A stretch of DNA of 30,924 bases from a virus (taxonomy: Duplodnaviria > Caudoviricetes), in IMG/VR virus record IMGVR_UViG_3300021560_000055, positions 1-30,924 of that record, one strand, 5' to 3'. Positions 1 through 8,189 of the stretch are shown here, in pieces. A program made the position numbers and the translations under genes. Below the pieces are notes generated by a model. That model did not search any database, was not told where the DNA came from, and worked only from the letters and a program-made list of their open reading frames with translations. Each line of letters begins with the position of its first letter. Position 1 is the stretch's first letter.

Positions 1-816
1 CAGTATCTCGAGTTCGAAGACTGGCAGACCGTGGCCAGCTTCTTCGGGTGCACGGCGAAAGTCCTGGCCACCGAGTACGTGGACTTCGGCTCCGCCCAGG
101 GATTTGTCGCGCACGCTGTCACCTTGAACGCCCAGGGCCGGGAAATCTCGGCGGCGGATTCGATGTGCTTGAACGACGAAGATAAATGGAGTACCCGGGC
201 GTCCTACGAATGGCACTACGTCAAACGCTCGGGCGGTACGTCGCTCGCCGATCCCGGCCCGGACGAGCTCATCTGGGAACCGAATCCCGACAAGCCCGGC
301 AAGAACCGGCCGAAGAAAGTGCGCCTCAAGACCGGAGAAGTCCGGGTGCCGTTTTTCCAGTTGCGGTCGATGGCCCAGACCCGCGCGTGCTGCAAAACCT
401 TGAGGAATGTTTTTTCATGGGTGGTGGTTTTGGCCGGCTACAAGGCGACGCCGGCCGAAGAGATGACCGATGGCGCGGGCGAGAAGTCCAAAGCCGCAGC
501 GAAAACCGACGCCGCCAAGACCGCAGCGACATCGACGAGTGAGCCCGCCGACACCCCGGCGGCCCCCGCCCCGACGCCGGCGCCTGCACCTCCCGCCAAT
601 ATCATCTCCGAGGCGCAGGCCAAGCGGTTCCGCGCCATCGGTGCTTCCCGCGACAAGGCGGGTACGGGCTGGACGATCGAACACCTCAAGGCGTTGCTCG
701 CCGACCACGGCATCGCCTCTTCCACCGAGATCCCGCGCCAGCACTACAACCGGCTCGTGGATATCGTCGAGAAGAAGGATTGGGATGGCTACCTCGATTC
801 GAAGATCAAGCCATGA
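1..816 (+). CDS. Phage single-strand annealing (recombinase) protein, 5'-truncated by the window edge
   Basis: Frame is open from base 1 (QYLEFEDWQTV...). Motifs LRSMAQTRA..K.LR and LAGY..TPAEEM, an Ala/Pro linker and a C-terminal ISEAQAKR helix are typical of phage SSAPs. Lies directly upstream of an exonuclease. Confidence 0.65.
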   Translation, partial: QYLEFEDWQTVASFFGCTAKVLATEYVDFGSAQGFVAHAVTLNAQGREISAADSMCLNDEDKWSTRASYEWHYVKRSGGTSLADPGPDELIWEPNPDKPGKNRPKKVRLKTGEVRVPFFQLRSMAQTRACCKTLRNVFSWVVVLAGYKATPAEEMTDGAGEKSKAAAKTDAAKTAATSTSEPADTPAAPAPTPAPAPPANIISEAQAKRFRAIGASRDKAGTGWTIEHLKALLADHGIASSTEIPRQHYNRLVDIVEKKDWDGYLDSKIKP

Positions 817-1466
817 TTGAAGAACCATCGGAGACCCCACCCGAACGCGATGCGCGCGAGGACTGGCTCTCGGTGACGCAGATCCTCAAGCTCGCCGGAC
901 TCTCCCCGTGGATGGATATCGATCTGGATCTCCTGCGGCGCGGGGTGGAACTGGGACTCGACGAACGCCGGCTGCGGTATCTCCTGAACGGTGTCGATCC
1001 CGAGATCCTCGAGCGCAAGCGGGAACGGGGTGTGAACGTCCACATGGCCATTGCCGATATCGAGCATGGCCTGGACGAGGCGTGGTGGGCGGGCGAGAGT
1101 TGGGAACCGTACGTTATCGCCTATCAACGCTTCAAAGCCGAGACCAAGTACACGGCATCGCTCATCGAGCACCGCGTCTATAACGAGACCTATCAGTACC
1201 GCGGGGATCTGGACTCGCTCGGGATGCTGGACGGCAAAGTCGAAGCGCTGATCGACGTCAAGACCACGGTGCAGATGGATCCCACGATCGCGTTTCAATT
1301 GAGCGGCTACGCGGGAGCGCTCCCGCCGAATCCCAAGCGGCTGCGGCTGGGGCTGCAGTTGATGAAAGACGGCACGTACAAAATTCACGAATATAAAAAC
1401 CGAAACGACAACGCCATTTTTCTCGCGGCGCTGACCGTCGCGCGAGTCAAGGAAGGACTGCGATGA
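813..1466 (+). CDS. PD-(D/E)xK (Cas4-like/phage-type) exonuclease
   Basis: SVTQIL, RG.NVH, E..VY...Y.G.LD, LIDVKT and QL.GY motifs. ATG at 813 overlaps the upstream stop (ATGA). Confidence 0.8.
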   Translation: MIEEPSETPPERDAREDWLSVTQILKLAGLSPWMDIDLDLLRRGVELGLDERRLRYLLNGVDPEILERKRERGVNVHMAIADIEHGLDEAWWAGESWEPYVIAYQRFKAETKYTASLIEHRVYNETYQYRGDLDSLGMLDGKVEALIDVKTTVQMDPTIAFQLSGYAGALPPNPKRLRLGLQLMKDGTYKIHEYKNRNDNAIFLAALTVARVKEGLR

Positions 1467-2131
1467 GCACGATTGAACATCTGGAAAGCCAGGCCCTCAC
1501 GATCCCGGAGCGGGCGAGGAATCTGAAAATCTCCACCAACGCGGATTATCTCGGGGCGTGTGAGTTGGTCAAGACGATCAAGGCGCTGCGTGCCGAGATT
1601 GCCTCGAGCTTCGAGCCGATCCGCACGAAAGCCCATCAGGCCTGGAAGGAGGCCATCCGCCAGCAGGACAAGGTGGAAGCGCCACTTGAGGAAGGGGAAC
1701 GGCGGGTGAAGGCCGTGATCGCCCTCTGGCTGACCGAGCAGGAACGACTCCGCAAGCAAGAGGAGTTGCGGCTCCAGCAGCAGGCGCAGGCGGAGGAAGA
1801 GCGCCGGCAACTGGAAAACGCCGTGATCCTGGACGACCTGGGCGAGACGGACGAAGCCAATCGATTGCTCGACGAGAAGGTCGAAGCGCCAGTGATTGTG
1901 TTGGGACGCTTCACGCCGCAGGTCCAGGGCGTTTCCATGTCGCAGCGCTACTCGGCGGAGGTGACAAATCTGATGGACTTGGTGAAGGCGGTGGCGCAAG
2001 GCAAGGCGCCGATCCAGTGCCTGAAGGCCGATCAGGTCTTCCTCAATCGTCAGGCGGTCGCGATGCGCACCGCTATGAGCTATCCCGGCGTGCGGTTGAA
2101 GAAAGAATCCAGCGTGGGGGTGCGGCAATGA
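1463..2131 (+). CDS. Coiled-coil phage protein of the recombination module (Gam/Gp157-like position)
   Basis: 222 aa with long charged helices and a C-terminal PGV motif. ATGA-coupled at both ends. Confidence 0.6.
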   Translation: MSTIEHLESQALTIPERARNLKISTNADYLGACELVKTIKALRAEIASSFEPIRTKAHQAWKEAIRQQDKVEAPLEEGERRVKAVIALWLTEQERLRKQEELRLQQQAQAEEERRQLENAVILDDLGETDEANRLLDEKVEAPVIVLGRFTPQVQGVSMSQRYSAEVTNLMDLVKAVAQGKAPIQCLKADQVFLNRQAVAMRTAMSYPGVRLKKESSVGVRQ

Positions 2132-2289
2132 GTGAGAAATTTCTTGTCGACGACTGGAATCTCGAAGTCGAGTTGGTGCCGATCTGCGCCTCGTGCGGCT
2201 ACCCGATCGAGGACGATGCCGATCTCGTCGACACCAGCCGCGGCGAGATGCACGAACACTGCGCGATCCGCGTCTATCCCCAAGGCTGA
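2128..2289 (+). CDS. Small putative zinc-binding protein (53 aa)
   Basis: MSEKFL... with CASC and HEHC. ATG at 2128 overlaps the upstream stop. Confidence 0.6.
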   Translation: MSEKFLVDDWNLEVELVPICASCGYPIEDDADLVDTSRGEMHEHCAIRVYPQG

Positions 2290-2316
2290 GATGGCCGAAG
2301 ACGACCGACGGCGGAC

Positions 2317-2676
2317 ATGAGCTACCAATTCATCATTCCCGGCCTGCCCCGCGCCAAACAGCGGCCGCGTCTCGGCAAGTACGGCAACGTCTACACGCCC
2401 CAGGAAACGAAGAAGTACGAAGAGGAGATCTGGGTCCTGGCCAGGCAGGCGGGCCTGCGCCCGAATTGCCTCAAGGACAAGAGTCTCGATGTCCGCGTCG
2501 TGGCCATCATGGGACCGAAGACGACGGATCTCTTGCGCATCGACGGTGACAATCTGTTGAAGGTCGTGCTCGATGGGTTGCGGCCGGCGTTCGACGATGC
2601 GTGGGTGATCCACCAGGAGGTCACGAAATTTTGCGGGACCCACCCCGAGGTCCTGGTCGTCATCAACGTCCTGTGA
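2317..2676 (+). CDS. rusA: RusA-family Holliday junction resolvase
   Basis: P.AKQRPR....VYTP..T..YE N-terminus and DGDNLLKVVLDGL...DDA.V catalytic motif. Confidence 0.85.
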   Translation: MSYQFIIPGLPRAKQRPRLGKYGNVYTPQETKKYEEEIWVLARQAGLRPNCLKDKSLDVRVVAIMGPKTTDLLRIDGDNLLKVVLDGLRPAFDDAWVIHQEVTKFCGTHPEVLVVINVL

Positions 2677-2786
2677 GCCTGTCCGGGTTCATCCGCCGCT
2701 ATCCGGTCGTCGCGTGGGTGATCTGGGCGTTGCTGTTCTTTATTTTGGTCCTGCTGGCAAAACCGGAAGATATCCCGTGGTGGTGA
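2673..2786 (+). CDS. Small single-pass membrane protein (37 aa)
   Basis: GTG overlaps the rusA stop (GTGA). MSLSGFIRRYPVVAWVIWALLFFILVLLAKPEDIPWW has one long hydrophobic helix. Confidence 0.55.
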   Translation: MSLSGFIRRYPVVAWVIWALLFFILVLLAKPEDIPWW

Positions 2787-2818
2787 AATCGGAAGCGTTC
2801 CGTTATCGTGGAAGATCT

Positions 2819-4591
2819 ATGAAACACTTTCTATGGGTATTCCTCGTCCTGTTGGCTTTACCGGGTGTGATCTTGGCCCAACCCGATCCGGGTCCAGCGC
2901 TCCATATTGCCGCTCCCGCCAGTGAGGCGACCTTGTTCGGTCACTCCAGTGATCCACTGCATGATGTCATCGCCTGGAGCACACCTCCCATCGCGGGCTG
3001 TCCGGTCGTCTTCTCGGCCCCCTGGGCCTTGACCACTTCCGTCCACGTGGTCTGCCTTGGACACTACATGCTCACTCTGACCGTGAATGGGGTGAGTGCA
3101 TCGACCACCCTAGATTATCTACCCGTGGAATCGCAGACGGAGTTCTGGGTGGATCCGAACGCGGAACATGTCGGGGATGGCTCGGCCCTCTTGCCGTGGC
3201 GGGACTTCCGCGACAACAACCCCAATAATGCGTCGCAGTGGAGCGCGATCAACGCCGCACTTGCCGAGCGAGATGTGATTGTTCATTTCTCCGCCCGTCT
3301 CGCCGACCAGGATATCCCCTCCACGATCGTGGGAGGGCTTGGACCTCAGGATGCCGTGATCCGGGTAAAACGGACCGATACCTCCACGCACCGTCTCACC
3401 TTGGACGGGATGGCGTACTACAACACGAATCCCCTCTTTGGATCGTGGGTTCTCAACACCGGGGCGTCGCGCATGCGGCTGGTCATGACGGGCGGCTGTT
3501 GTTTATCCATCGGCTGGGATGACACGTCGCTCCACGACTATGTGACGATCCGGGGATTTGAGGTCACGGGGCCGGGAGGCCGGATTGTGTGGGGCGGCTC
3601 GCACTCGGTGATGGAGTATCTAACGATTCACGATGTGAGTATCTTGGGCAGTACGTTTCAGTTCCATCCCGCGCTGTTGGACGGGACGTGTATCCCCCTC
3701 GGAATCTCGCACGATGTGACGATTCGGCATAACCGGCTCATCAATAATATTGGCGAGTCGATGTACATTGCGTCGAACTACAACTGGCCCGATGATGGCG
3801 GCTGTGTCGAAGGTCCGGATTCCGGGGACAACCACTATGATTTCCTCATTGAAGGGAACACGATTGATGAGGCCGGATTTTATGGCGAGGAAGGGGACGG
3901 CATCGATCTGAAAGCCGGGATCTACAACGTCACCATTCGCGGCAACTTCATTCGCGGCCTGCGCGGGAGCGGCATCACGATGGCGGGCCAGATGCCAAAC
4001 TCCACGCACGACTCCAACTATCTGATCGAAGGCAACATCATCGAGGACGCCTACCCGCCCTTTTATAGTTCGATCAATATTGGGGGAACCAAGGGTCTCA
4101 CGATCCGCAACAATGTCCTGCGCAACTGCCAACCCGGATCCTATGGCGCGATTGTGTCGGCGGTCCGTCAGGATTCTCCCGACGGCACCCCGCTCACCCC
4201 GACCAATGCCCGCATCCAGGTCTACAACAACACCATTGACGGGGGCTTGGATAATGCGTGTGTGGGAATGTCGTTTACGTACGTGGATGACGTGGTGGTG
4301 CTGCGAAATAATCTGTTTCTGGATTCGCCACCGGGGCTGGCCGCTCCTCAGATCGACTCCGACTTCAACCTGTTTGTGGGAACGCTTCCCAATTCTCCTG
4401 AAGGTCCAAACTCGGACGTGGTCCCCACCGCGGACGGGATTGTCGTGGCCCGAGGCAGCGATGACCATCTGGCTCCGATGAGTCCGGCCATCGGGCAGGG
4501 TACCCCGATCCCCAGTTTCAATGTCGATATTGGGGGCAATCCGCGTAACCCGAGTGTCTGGGATATCGGGGCGTATGCGGTCGCGCGATAG
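2819..4591 (+). CDS. Secreted right-handed beta-helix (pectate lyase-like) protein with PKD-like N-domain and choice-of-anchor-Q-like C-terminus
   Basis: Signal peptide MKHFLWVFLVLLALPGVILA/Q. Repeated I.GN.I and TIR.N turns. C-terminal DHL...SPAI..G...DIGGNPR....DIGAY. Alternative in-frame GTG start at 2783. Confidence 0.75.
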   Translation: MKHFLWVFLVLLALPGVILAQPDPGPALHIAAPASEATLFGHSSDPLHDVIAWSTPPIAGCPVVFSAPWALTTSVHVVCLGHYMLTLTVNGVSASTTLDYLPVESQTEFWVDPNAEHVGDGSALLPWRDFRDNNPNNASQWSAINAALAERDVIVHFSARLADQDIPSTIVGGLGPQDAVIRVKRTDTSTHRLTLDGMAYYNTNPLFGSWVLNTGASRMRLVMTGGCCLSIGWDDTSLHDYVTIRGFEVTGPGGRIVWGGSHSVMEYLTIHDVSILGSTFQFHPALLDGTCIPLGISHDVTIRHNRLINNIGESMYIASNYNWPDDGGCVEGPDSGDNHYDFLIEGNTIDEAGFYGEEGDGIDLKAGIYNVTIRGNFIRGLRGSGITMAGQMPNSTHDSNYLIEGNIIEDAYPPFYSSINIGGTKGLTIRNNVLRNCQPGSYGAIVSAVRQDSPDGTPLTPTNARIQVYNNTIDGGLDNACVGMSFTYVDDVVVLRNNLFLDSPPGLAAPQIDSDFNLFVGTLPNSPEGPNSDVVPTADGIVVARGSDDHLAPMSPAIGQGTPIPSFNVDIGGNPRNPSVWDIGAYAVAR

Positions 4592-4786
4592 ATGGTCTAC
4601 GAATTCCGCTGGGAAGATATTTTCAATCAGCAGGTCCGCCGCCGACGCCGCGTCGAAGGCCAGGGCGATCGTCAGTATGCCGAGTTCGCGTTGCCAGAAC
4701 TGGCGCCGACGGAGAACCTGCGGTTGACGATTCTCGACAATAACGACCACGGCCAAGTGGTCGGGGAGATTCTGTTGAAACGATGA
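4592..4786 (+). CDS. Hypothetical protein (64 aa)
   Basis: ATG directly follows the upstream TAG. Its stop overlaps the next ATG. Confidence 0.6.
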   Translation: MVYEFRWEDIFNQQVRRRRRVEGQGDRQYAEFALPELAPTENLRLTILDNNDHGQVVGEILLKR

Positions 4787-5289
4787 AACGCACCATCGTA
4801 GTGGAAGTCGACGACGAAACCTGGCCCATGATGAACTGCGTGATCACGTCCAAAGCGAGCCACGCCGAGATCCGTCGGCAGTCGCTCTATGACACGGCGT
4901 TCACCAATTTCGAGGTCCATGTGACGAATACCTTGAGGGCTGCGGTTGGGATTATAATCCGCGAGAGGCAAAATCATGGGACGAGCGGCCAAACAGGCGA
5001 AGATCGAGAAGACAATGGGCGAGTTCAAACGCGGTACGCTGCGGAGTGGGTCGAAGAAAGGGCCAAAAGTAAAGTCCCGAAAGCAGGCCGTGGCCATCGC
5101 CCTCAGCCAAGCTCGCAAAAAAAAGTAAAGGAGCATCATGCCCGCCAAGAAAATGACCAAAAAGAAAAAGGCCCAGGCGCGCGGGGCCGCGCGGGAAACC
5201 TATCCGCCGTCTCCGGGCAGCACCCGAAAAACGGGCATGGGCCGCAGCGGACGCCGCCGCAATTGAGCCGATCCCGGAGGTCCTCATGA
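4783..5289 (+). CDS. Hypothetical protein (N-terminal ~60 aa look globular; the rest overlaps two nested genes)
   Basis: ATGA-coupled at both ends. The C-terminal 100 aa read like an off-frame translation. Confidence 0.5.
   Translation: MKRTIVVEVDDETWPMMNCVITSKASHAEIRRQSLYDTAFTNFEVHVTNTLRAAVGIIIRERQNHGTSGQTGEDREDNGRVQTRYAAEWVEERAKSKVPKAGRGHRPQPSSQKKVKEHHARQENDQKEKGPGARGRAGNLSAVSGQHPKNGHGPQRTPPQLSRSRRSS
4953..4958 (+). promoter_or_regulatory. Candidate -10 box (TATAAT) ahead of the nested basic-protein genes
   Basis: Perfect TATAAT in GC-rich DNA, followed by GAGAGG and ATG 4976. No well-spaced -35 found. Confidence 0.4.
4976..5128 (+). CDS. DUF6496-like small basic protein (50 aa)
   Basis: Manual translation MGRAAKQAKIEKTMGEFKRGTLRSGSKKGPKVKSRKQAVAIALSQARKKK matches the remembered M.EFK.G.L.SG....V.SRKQA.AIALS.AR pattern. 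SD-like GAGAGG upstream. Absent from the ORF track. Confidence 0.8.
   Translation: MGRAAKQAKIEKTMGEFKRGTLRSGSKKGPKVKSRKQAVAIALSQARKKK
5138..5266 (+). CDS. Small highly basic protein (42 aa)
   Basis: AAGGAG SD overlapping the previous stop. MPAKKMTKKKKAQARGAARETYPPSPGSTRKTGMGRSGRRRN. Confidence 0.6.
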   Translation: MPAKKMTKKKKAQARGAARETYPPSPGSTRKTGMGRSGRRRN

Positions 5290-5498
5290 GTTGTCGGCCC
5301 TGTAAGGATGCGCAGGATGGTTTGACCGAGACCAGTTCCTATTACTTTAGGTGGGGCAACGCGATCATCGAACTGCGTGGCTGCAAGATGCATATCGCGG
5401 AAGTGATGGACTGTCTTCGCGAGTCCTTTCGAGAAAAGCAACGCGAAGCGGACAAGGAGCAGGCTGAAGAAATCCGAAAGATGAGGAGTTCCACATGA
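5286..5498 (+). CDS. Small putative zinc-binding protein (70 aa)
   Basis: GGAGG SD; CRPC and CKMH motifs. Confidence 0.65.
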   Translation: MSCRPCKDAQDGLTETSSYYFRWGNAIIELRGCKMHIAEVMDCLRESFREKQREADKEQAEEIRKMRSST

Positions 5499-6109
5499 GC
5501 ACGAACCCGAATCCCGTGGGAGGCACGCTGCAGATTGGCCCAGTCACCTTCGATTTGGTGCCGACCTATCCCGCCGGACAGGTGAATGCGCCCGAACAGA
5601 TCGTTCCCCAGTCCATGGTGGACTATATCGAACGGTTATTGGCCGAGAATTTAAAACTCGTCCAGCAACTCGCCACGCAGGACGCGGAAATCCTGGCACT
5701 CCAGGCCCAGATCGCCGCCATCCAACAGCAGATCCTGCCGCTCCAGCAGCAGATCACGGATCTGGAGACGACGATCGGCCAACTGCACCAGCAGATCACC
5801 CTATCCGAGGCCGAGGTGATGCAACGCGAACAGCAACTGGACGCGGCCAACCAGACCATTGCCTCCGACACCGCCCAGATGGCCCAGCTTGAAGTGCAAC
5901 TCGCGAGACTGAATAGCCAACTCTCCACACTCCAGCTGGAAGTCGCCACGGACGCGCTCCGGATCACCGAACTTCAGCAGACACACGTCAACGATCTCGG
6001 CCAGATCGCCGGCCTCCAGTCGCAGGTGACGAACCTTCAAGCCGAGATTGTCGCGCTCGAACAGCAGTTGGCGGCGGCCCAGGCGGATGAGGCGTCGGAG
6101 CCCGTGTGA
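5495..6109 (+). CDS. Gln-rich coiled-coil protein (204 aa)
   Basis: AGGAG SD, ATGA overlap, and continuous heptad periodicity over ~150 aa. Confidence 0.75.
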   Translation: MSTNPNPVGGTLQIGPVTFDLVPTYPAGQVNAPEQIVPQSMVDYIERLLAENLKLVQQLATQDAEILALQAQIAAIQQQILPLQQQITDLETTIGQLHQQITLSEAEVMQREQQLDAANQTIASDTAQMAQLEVQLARLNSQLSTLQLEVATDALRITELQQTHVNDLGQIAGLQSQVTNLQAEIVALEQQLAAAQADEASEPV

Positions 6110-6939
6110 TCGCGCTCCGGGGAGATGAGATCGACCGCATTGCGGTGGATCGATTTCCGTCCGCCTCCGGCCGGTGGACCTCGCTGCTTTGCTGCCGCTA
6201 CGAACCGATGGAAACGCCCGACGGGAACATGGGCCTCATGGCGTGGTTCATCGTCATTATGACCAGCGGCACCCGCCGCGTCCGCAAAGTCGTTCGGGTC
6301 TGCTGGGATGACCCGGACGAGGCGTATCGGGCATGGGAACTCTGGAAACAACAGTTCGGCTGCCGTCGACCGGGCGCGATCTATGAAGACGACATGCCGT
6401 CGGGACTTCGAGAACCGCAGCTCAGTCCGCCAATATTCATCCCGGAGGATCTAACAGTGCTCAAATGGGAACCCTGCGCCGGAAACATCTTCATCCGTGA
6501 AATCACACCGATTGACGAAGTGACGGCCCGGGCCGAAGCCGCGGGCATCCATGCGGTGGTGGCTGAAGAACACATGCCAGCACCCACGACCGGGATTGTG
6601 TTGAAGCTCGGGGAAGACCCCCTGCTGCACGAACGGCTGAAACCGGGCTACATTGTGATGTTTTCCCGCTATGCGGGCTCGCAGTTCACCGAAGGGGGCT
6701 CGTCTTACCGGCATATCGAGTACCAGCACGTGATCGGATTCCGCCGGCCGGAAGACGGACTGGACGACATCTTACCGGCGTCCATCACGCCCGAGATGAT
6801 CCAGTGGGCCAAGGATTTGAAAGTCACGATTGATGCGATTGCATCACGAAAACCGCTTCAGGCATTGACTACCAAAACGGTGTTCGACGAGGACGCGGTC
6901 ACCGATAGCGAGTTCTTCTCCGAAGGGGACGCCGGCTGA
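6106..6939 (+). CDS. Protein containing a GroES/Cpn10 co-chaperonin domain with long N- and C-terminal extensions
   Basis: Residues ~120-213 (EP..G.IFIR...AGI...TGIVLKLG...LKPG.IVMFSRYAGSQF..GG..Y..I....VIG) follow the GroES consensus. Confidence 0.75.
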   Translation: MIALRGDEIDRIAVDRFPSASGRWTSLLCCRYEPMETPDGNMGLMAWFIVIMTSGTRRVRKVVRVCWDDPDEAYRAWELWKQQFGCRRPGAIYEDDMPSGLREPQLSPPIFIPEDLTVLKWEPCAGNIFIREITPIDEVTARAEAAGIHAVVAEEHMPAPTTGIVLKLGEDPLLHERLKPGYIVMFSRYAGSQFTEGGSSYRHIEYQHVIGFRRPEDGLDDILPASITPEMIQWAKDLKVTIDAIASRKPLQALTTKTVFDEDAVTDSEFFSEGDAG

Positions 6940-8189
6940 GCGATCCGCCGCTGGAACTGGCTGTAGGACTCGGAAAACGAGTGTCCCAGATCCGTGCGGA
7001 ACTGTTTGTCCTTGAGGTCCACGCGCCGGGCGATCTCTTCGCACTTCCCCATCGCATCGATGATCGAATCCCCGAATCCCGTGAACGCCGCAATCGCGCC
7101 AGACGCCCCGCTCGACCGGAGCTGGCCTTCCGGATCGAGTAGCACGTTATAGAAATACGCGTGCGGCCGGTCTGCGCGCACCAGTTCGCGGATCGCGATG
7201 CCCTGCGGGGCTAGCGCTTCGCCCTCTCTCTCGAAAGGATACGGCGGGATCGTCACGCGCAGAGCGGCACCGAAGCCGGTCTCGCGCATCGGAAACTTCG
7301 TCATGCGTTCGCCGCGGCAATACTTTTCGAGGGTATCCCCGACCCCTTCCGTCATCATCTCCATCAACGCCGGAAAACTGTCGAAGCCGAAGCGCGGCGT
7401 CCACTCCAGCCCAAACACCCCATTGTCGTTCACGATCGTGTTGAGATCGATCGGACCGCGATAGCCCTGCTGGTGGAGCATCGGGATAAACCGCTTGATG
7501 CCTTCCTCACAGATTCGGCAATAGGTCTGGGTGCAGGCCCAGACGACGTTGCCCGTGCAGCCGGAGGACGGCCCGATGTCGTCGTTCATCAATTGTTTTT
7601 TTTCGAACGTGTGGTTGATGGGCGGTGTCATGTCCACGCCGTCAAACCAGATCTCGGTCGAGATCTCGAGGCCCTGGACGAAATGCTGGAGCTCGAAGTC
7701 CGGTTTCTCGCCTTCTTTTTCCTGGTGGTTCAGAAACTCCAGCATATCGTCGGGGCCACTGGCGACGTAGGAAGTGCCGCCGTTATCGTCGGACTTGAAG
7801 CACATGCGCTCGCCGGTGGTCTCGACGTACTGGCGACCGGAGTGGTAGTCGGTGAAATGCTTCGACGGGGGCACCTGGATACCGGCATCGGCCATGAGCT
7901 CGAGGGCCAGGTGGCGGTCCATTTCGAGTTGCTGCGCGAACATCGAGGCGCCCAGCACCGGATGGCCCTGGCCCTGGAGGCGTTCGGCGGTTTTGCCGCC
8001 GCCGGTCGAATCGAACAGATAGAGCGTGCCCTTCTCGACCGAGAGCTTATCGGCTTTTTTCAGCAGGCCATCGTAATCGCTGCGCGCTTTCGGATTGCGG
8101 ATCCGGACGGTGACGTCGTGGCCTTCATCGACGAGACGGCGGGCAATTCCTAAACCGTCACCGTCCTGGCTGATCAGGAAGAACTTCAT
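6858..8189 (-). CDS. PurD (phosphoribosylamine-glycine ligase)-like ATP-grasp ligase, divergent
   Basis: LE.DR......M..AGI.VP, FV.G.EIS, E.K.L...D.GP..G..G, GYRG and LEW.PRFG match GARS A/B-domain motifs. C-terminal FRTDLG. The canonical GxGGREH is missing. Confidence 0.8.
   Translation of the reverse strand: MKFFLISQDGDGLGIARRLVDEGHDVTVRIRNPKARSDYDGLLKKADKLSVEKGTLYLFDSTGGGKTAERLQGQGHPVLGASMFAQQLEMDRHLALELMADAGIQVPPSKHFTDYHSGRQYVETTGERMCFKSDDNGGTSYVASGPDDMLEFLNHQEKEGEKPDFELQHFVQGLEISTEIWFDGVDMTPPINHTFEKKQLMNDDIGPSSGCTGNVVWACTQTYCRICEEGIKRFIPMLHQQGYRGPIDLNTIVNDNGVFGLEWTPRFGFDSFPALMEMMTEGVGDTLEKYCRGERMTKFPMRETGFGAALRVTIPPYPFEREGEALAPQGIAIRELVRADRPHAYFYNVLLDPEGQLRSSGASGAIAAFTGFGDSIIDAMGKCEEIARRVDLKDKQFRTDLGHSFSESYSQFQRRIAQPASPSEKNSLSVTASSSNTVLVVNA

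Noticed and set aside
813-1466. Cas4-like nuclease as evidence of a CRISPR-Cas locus
   Set aside because: No repeat-spacer array or other cas genes. It lacks the Fe-S cysteines and sits in a standard recombination module.
6858-8189. Calling the ligase purD as an auxiliary purine-metabolism gene
   Set aside because: Substrate-binding motifs are altered and no other pur genes are present, so the symbol is withheld.
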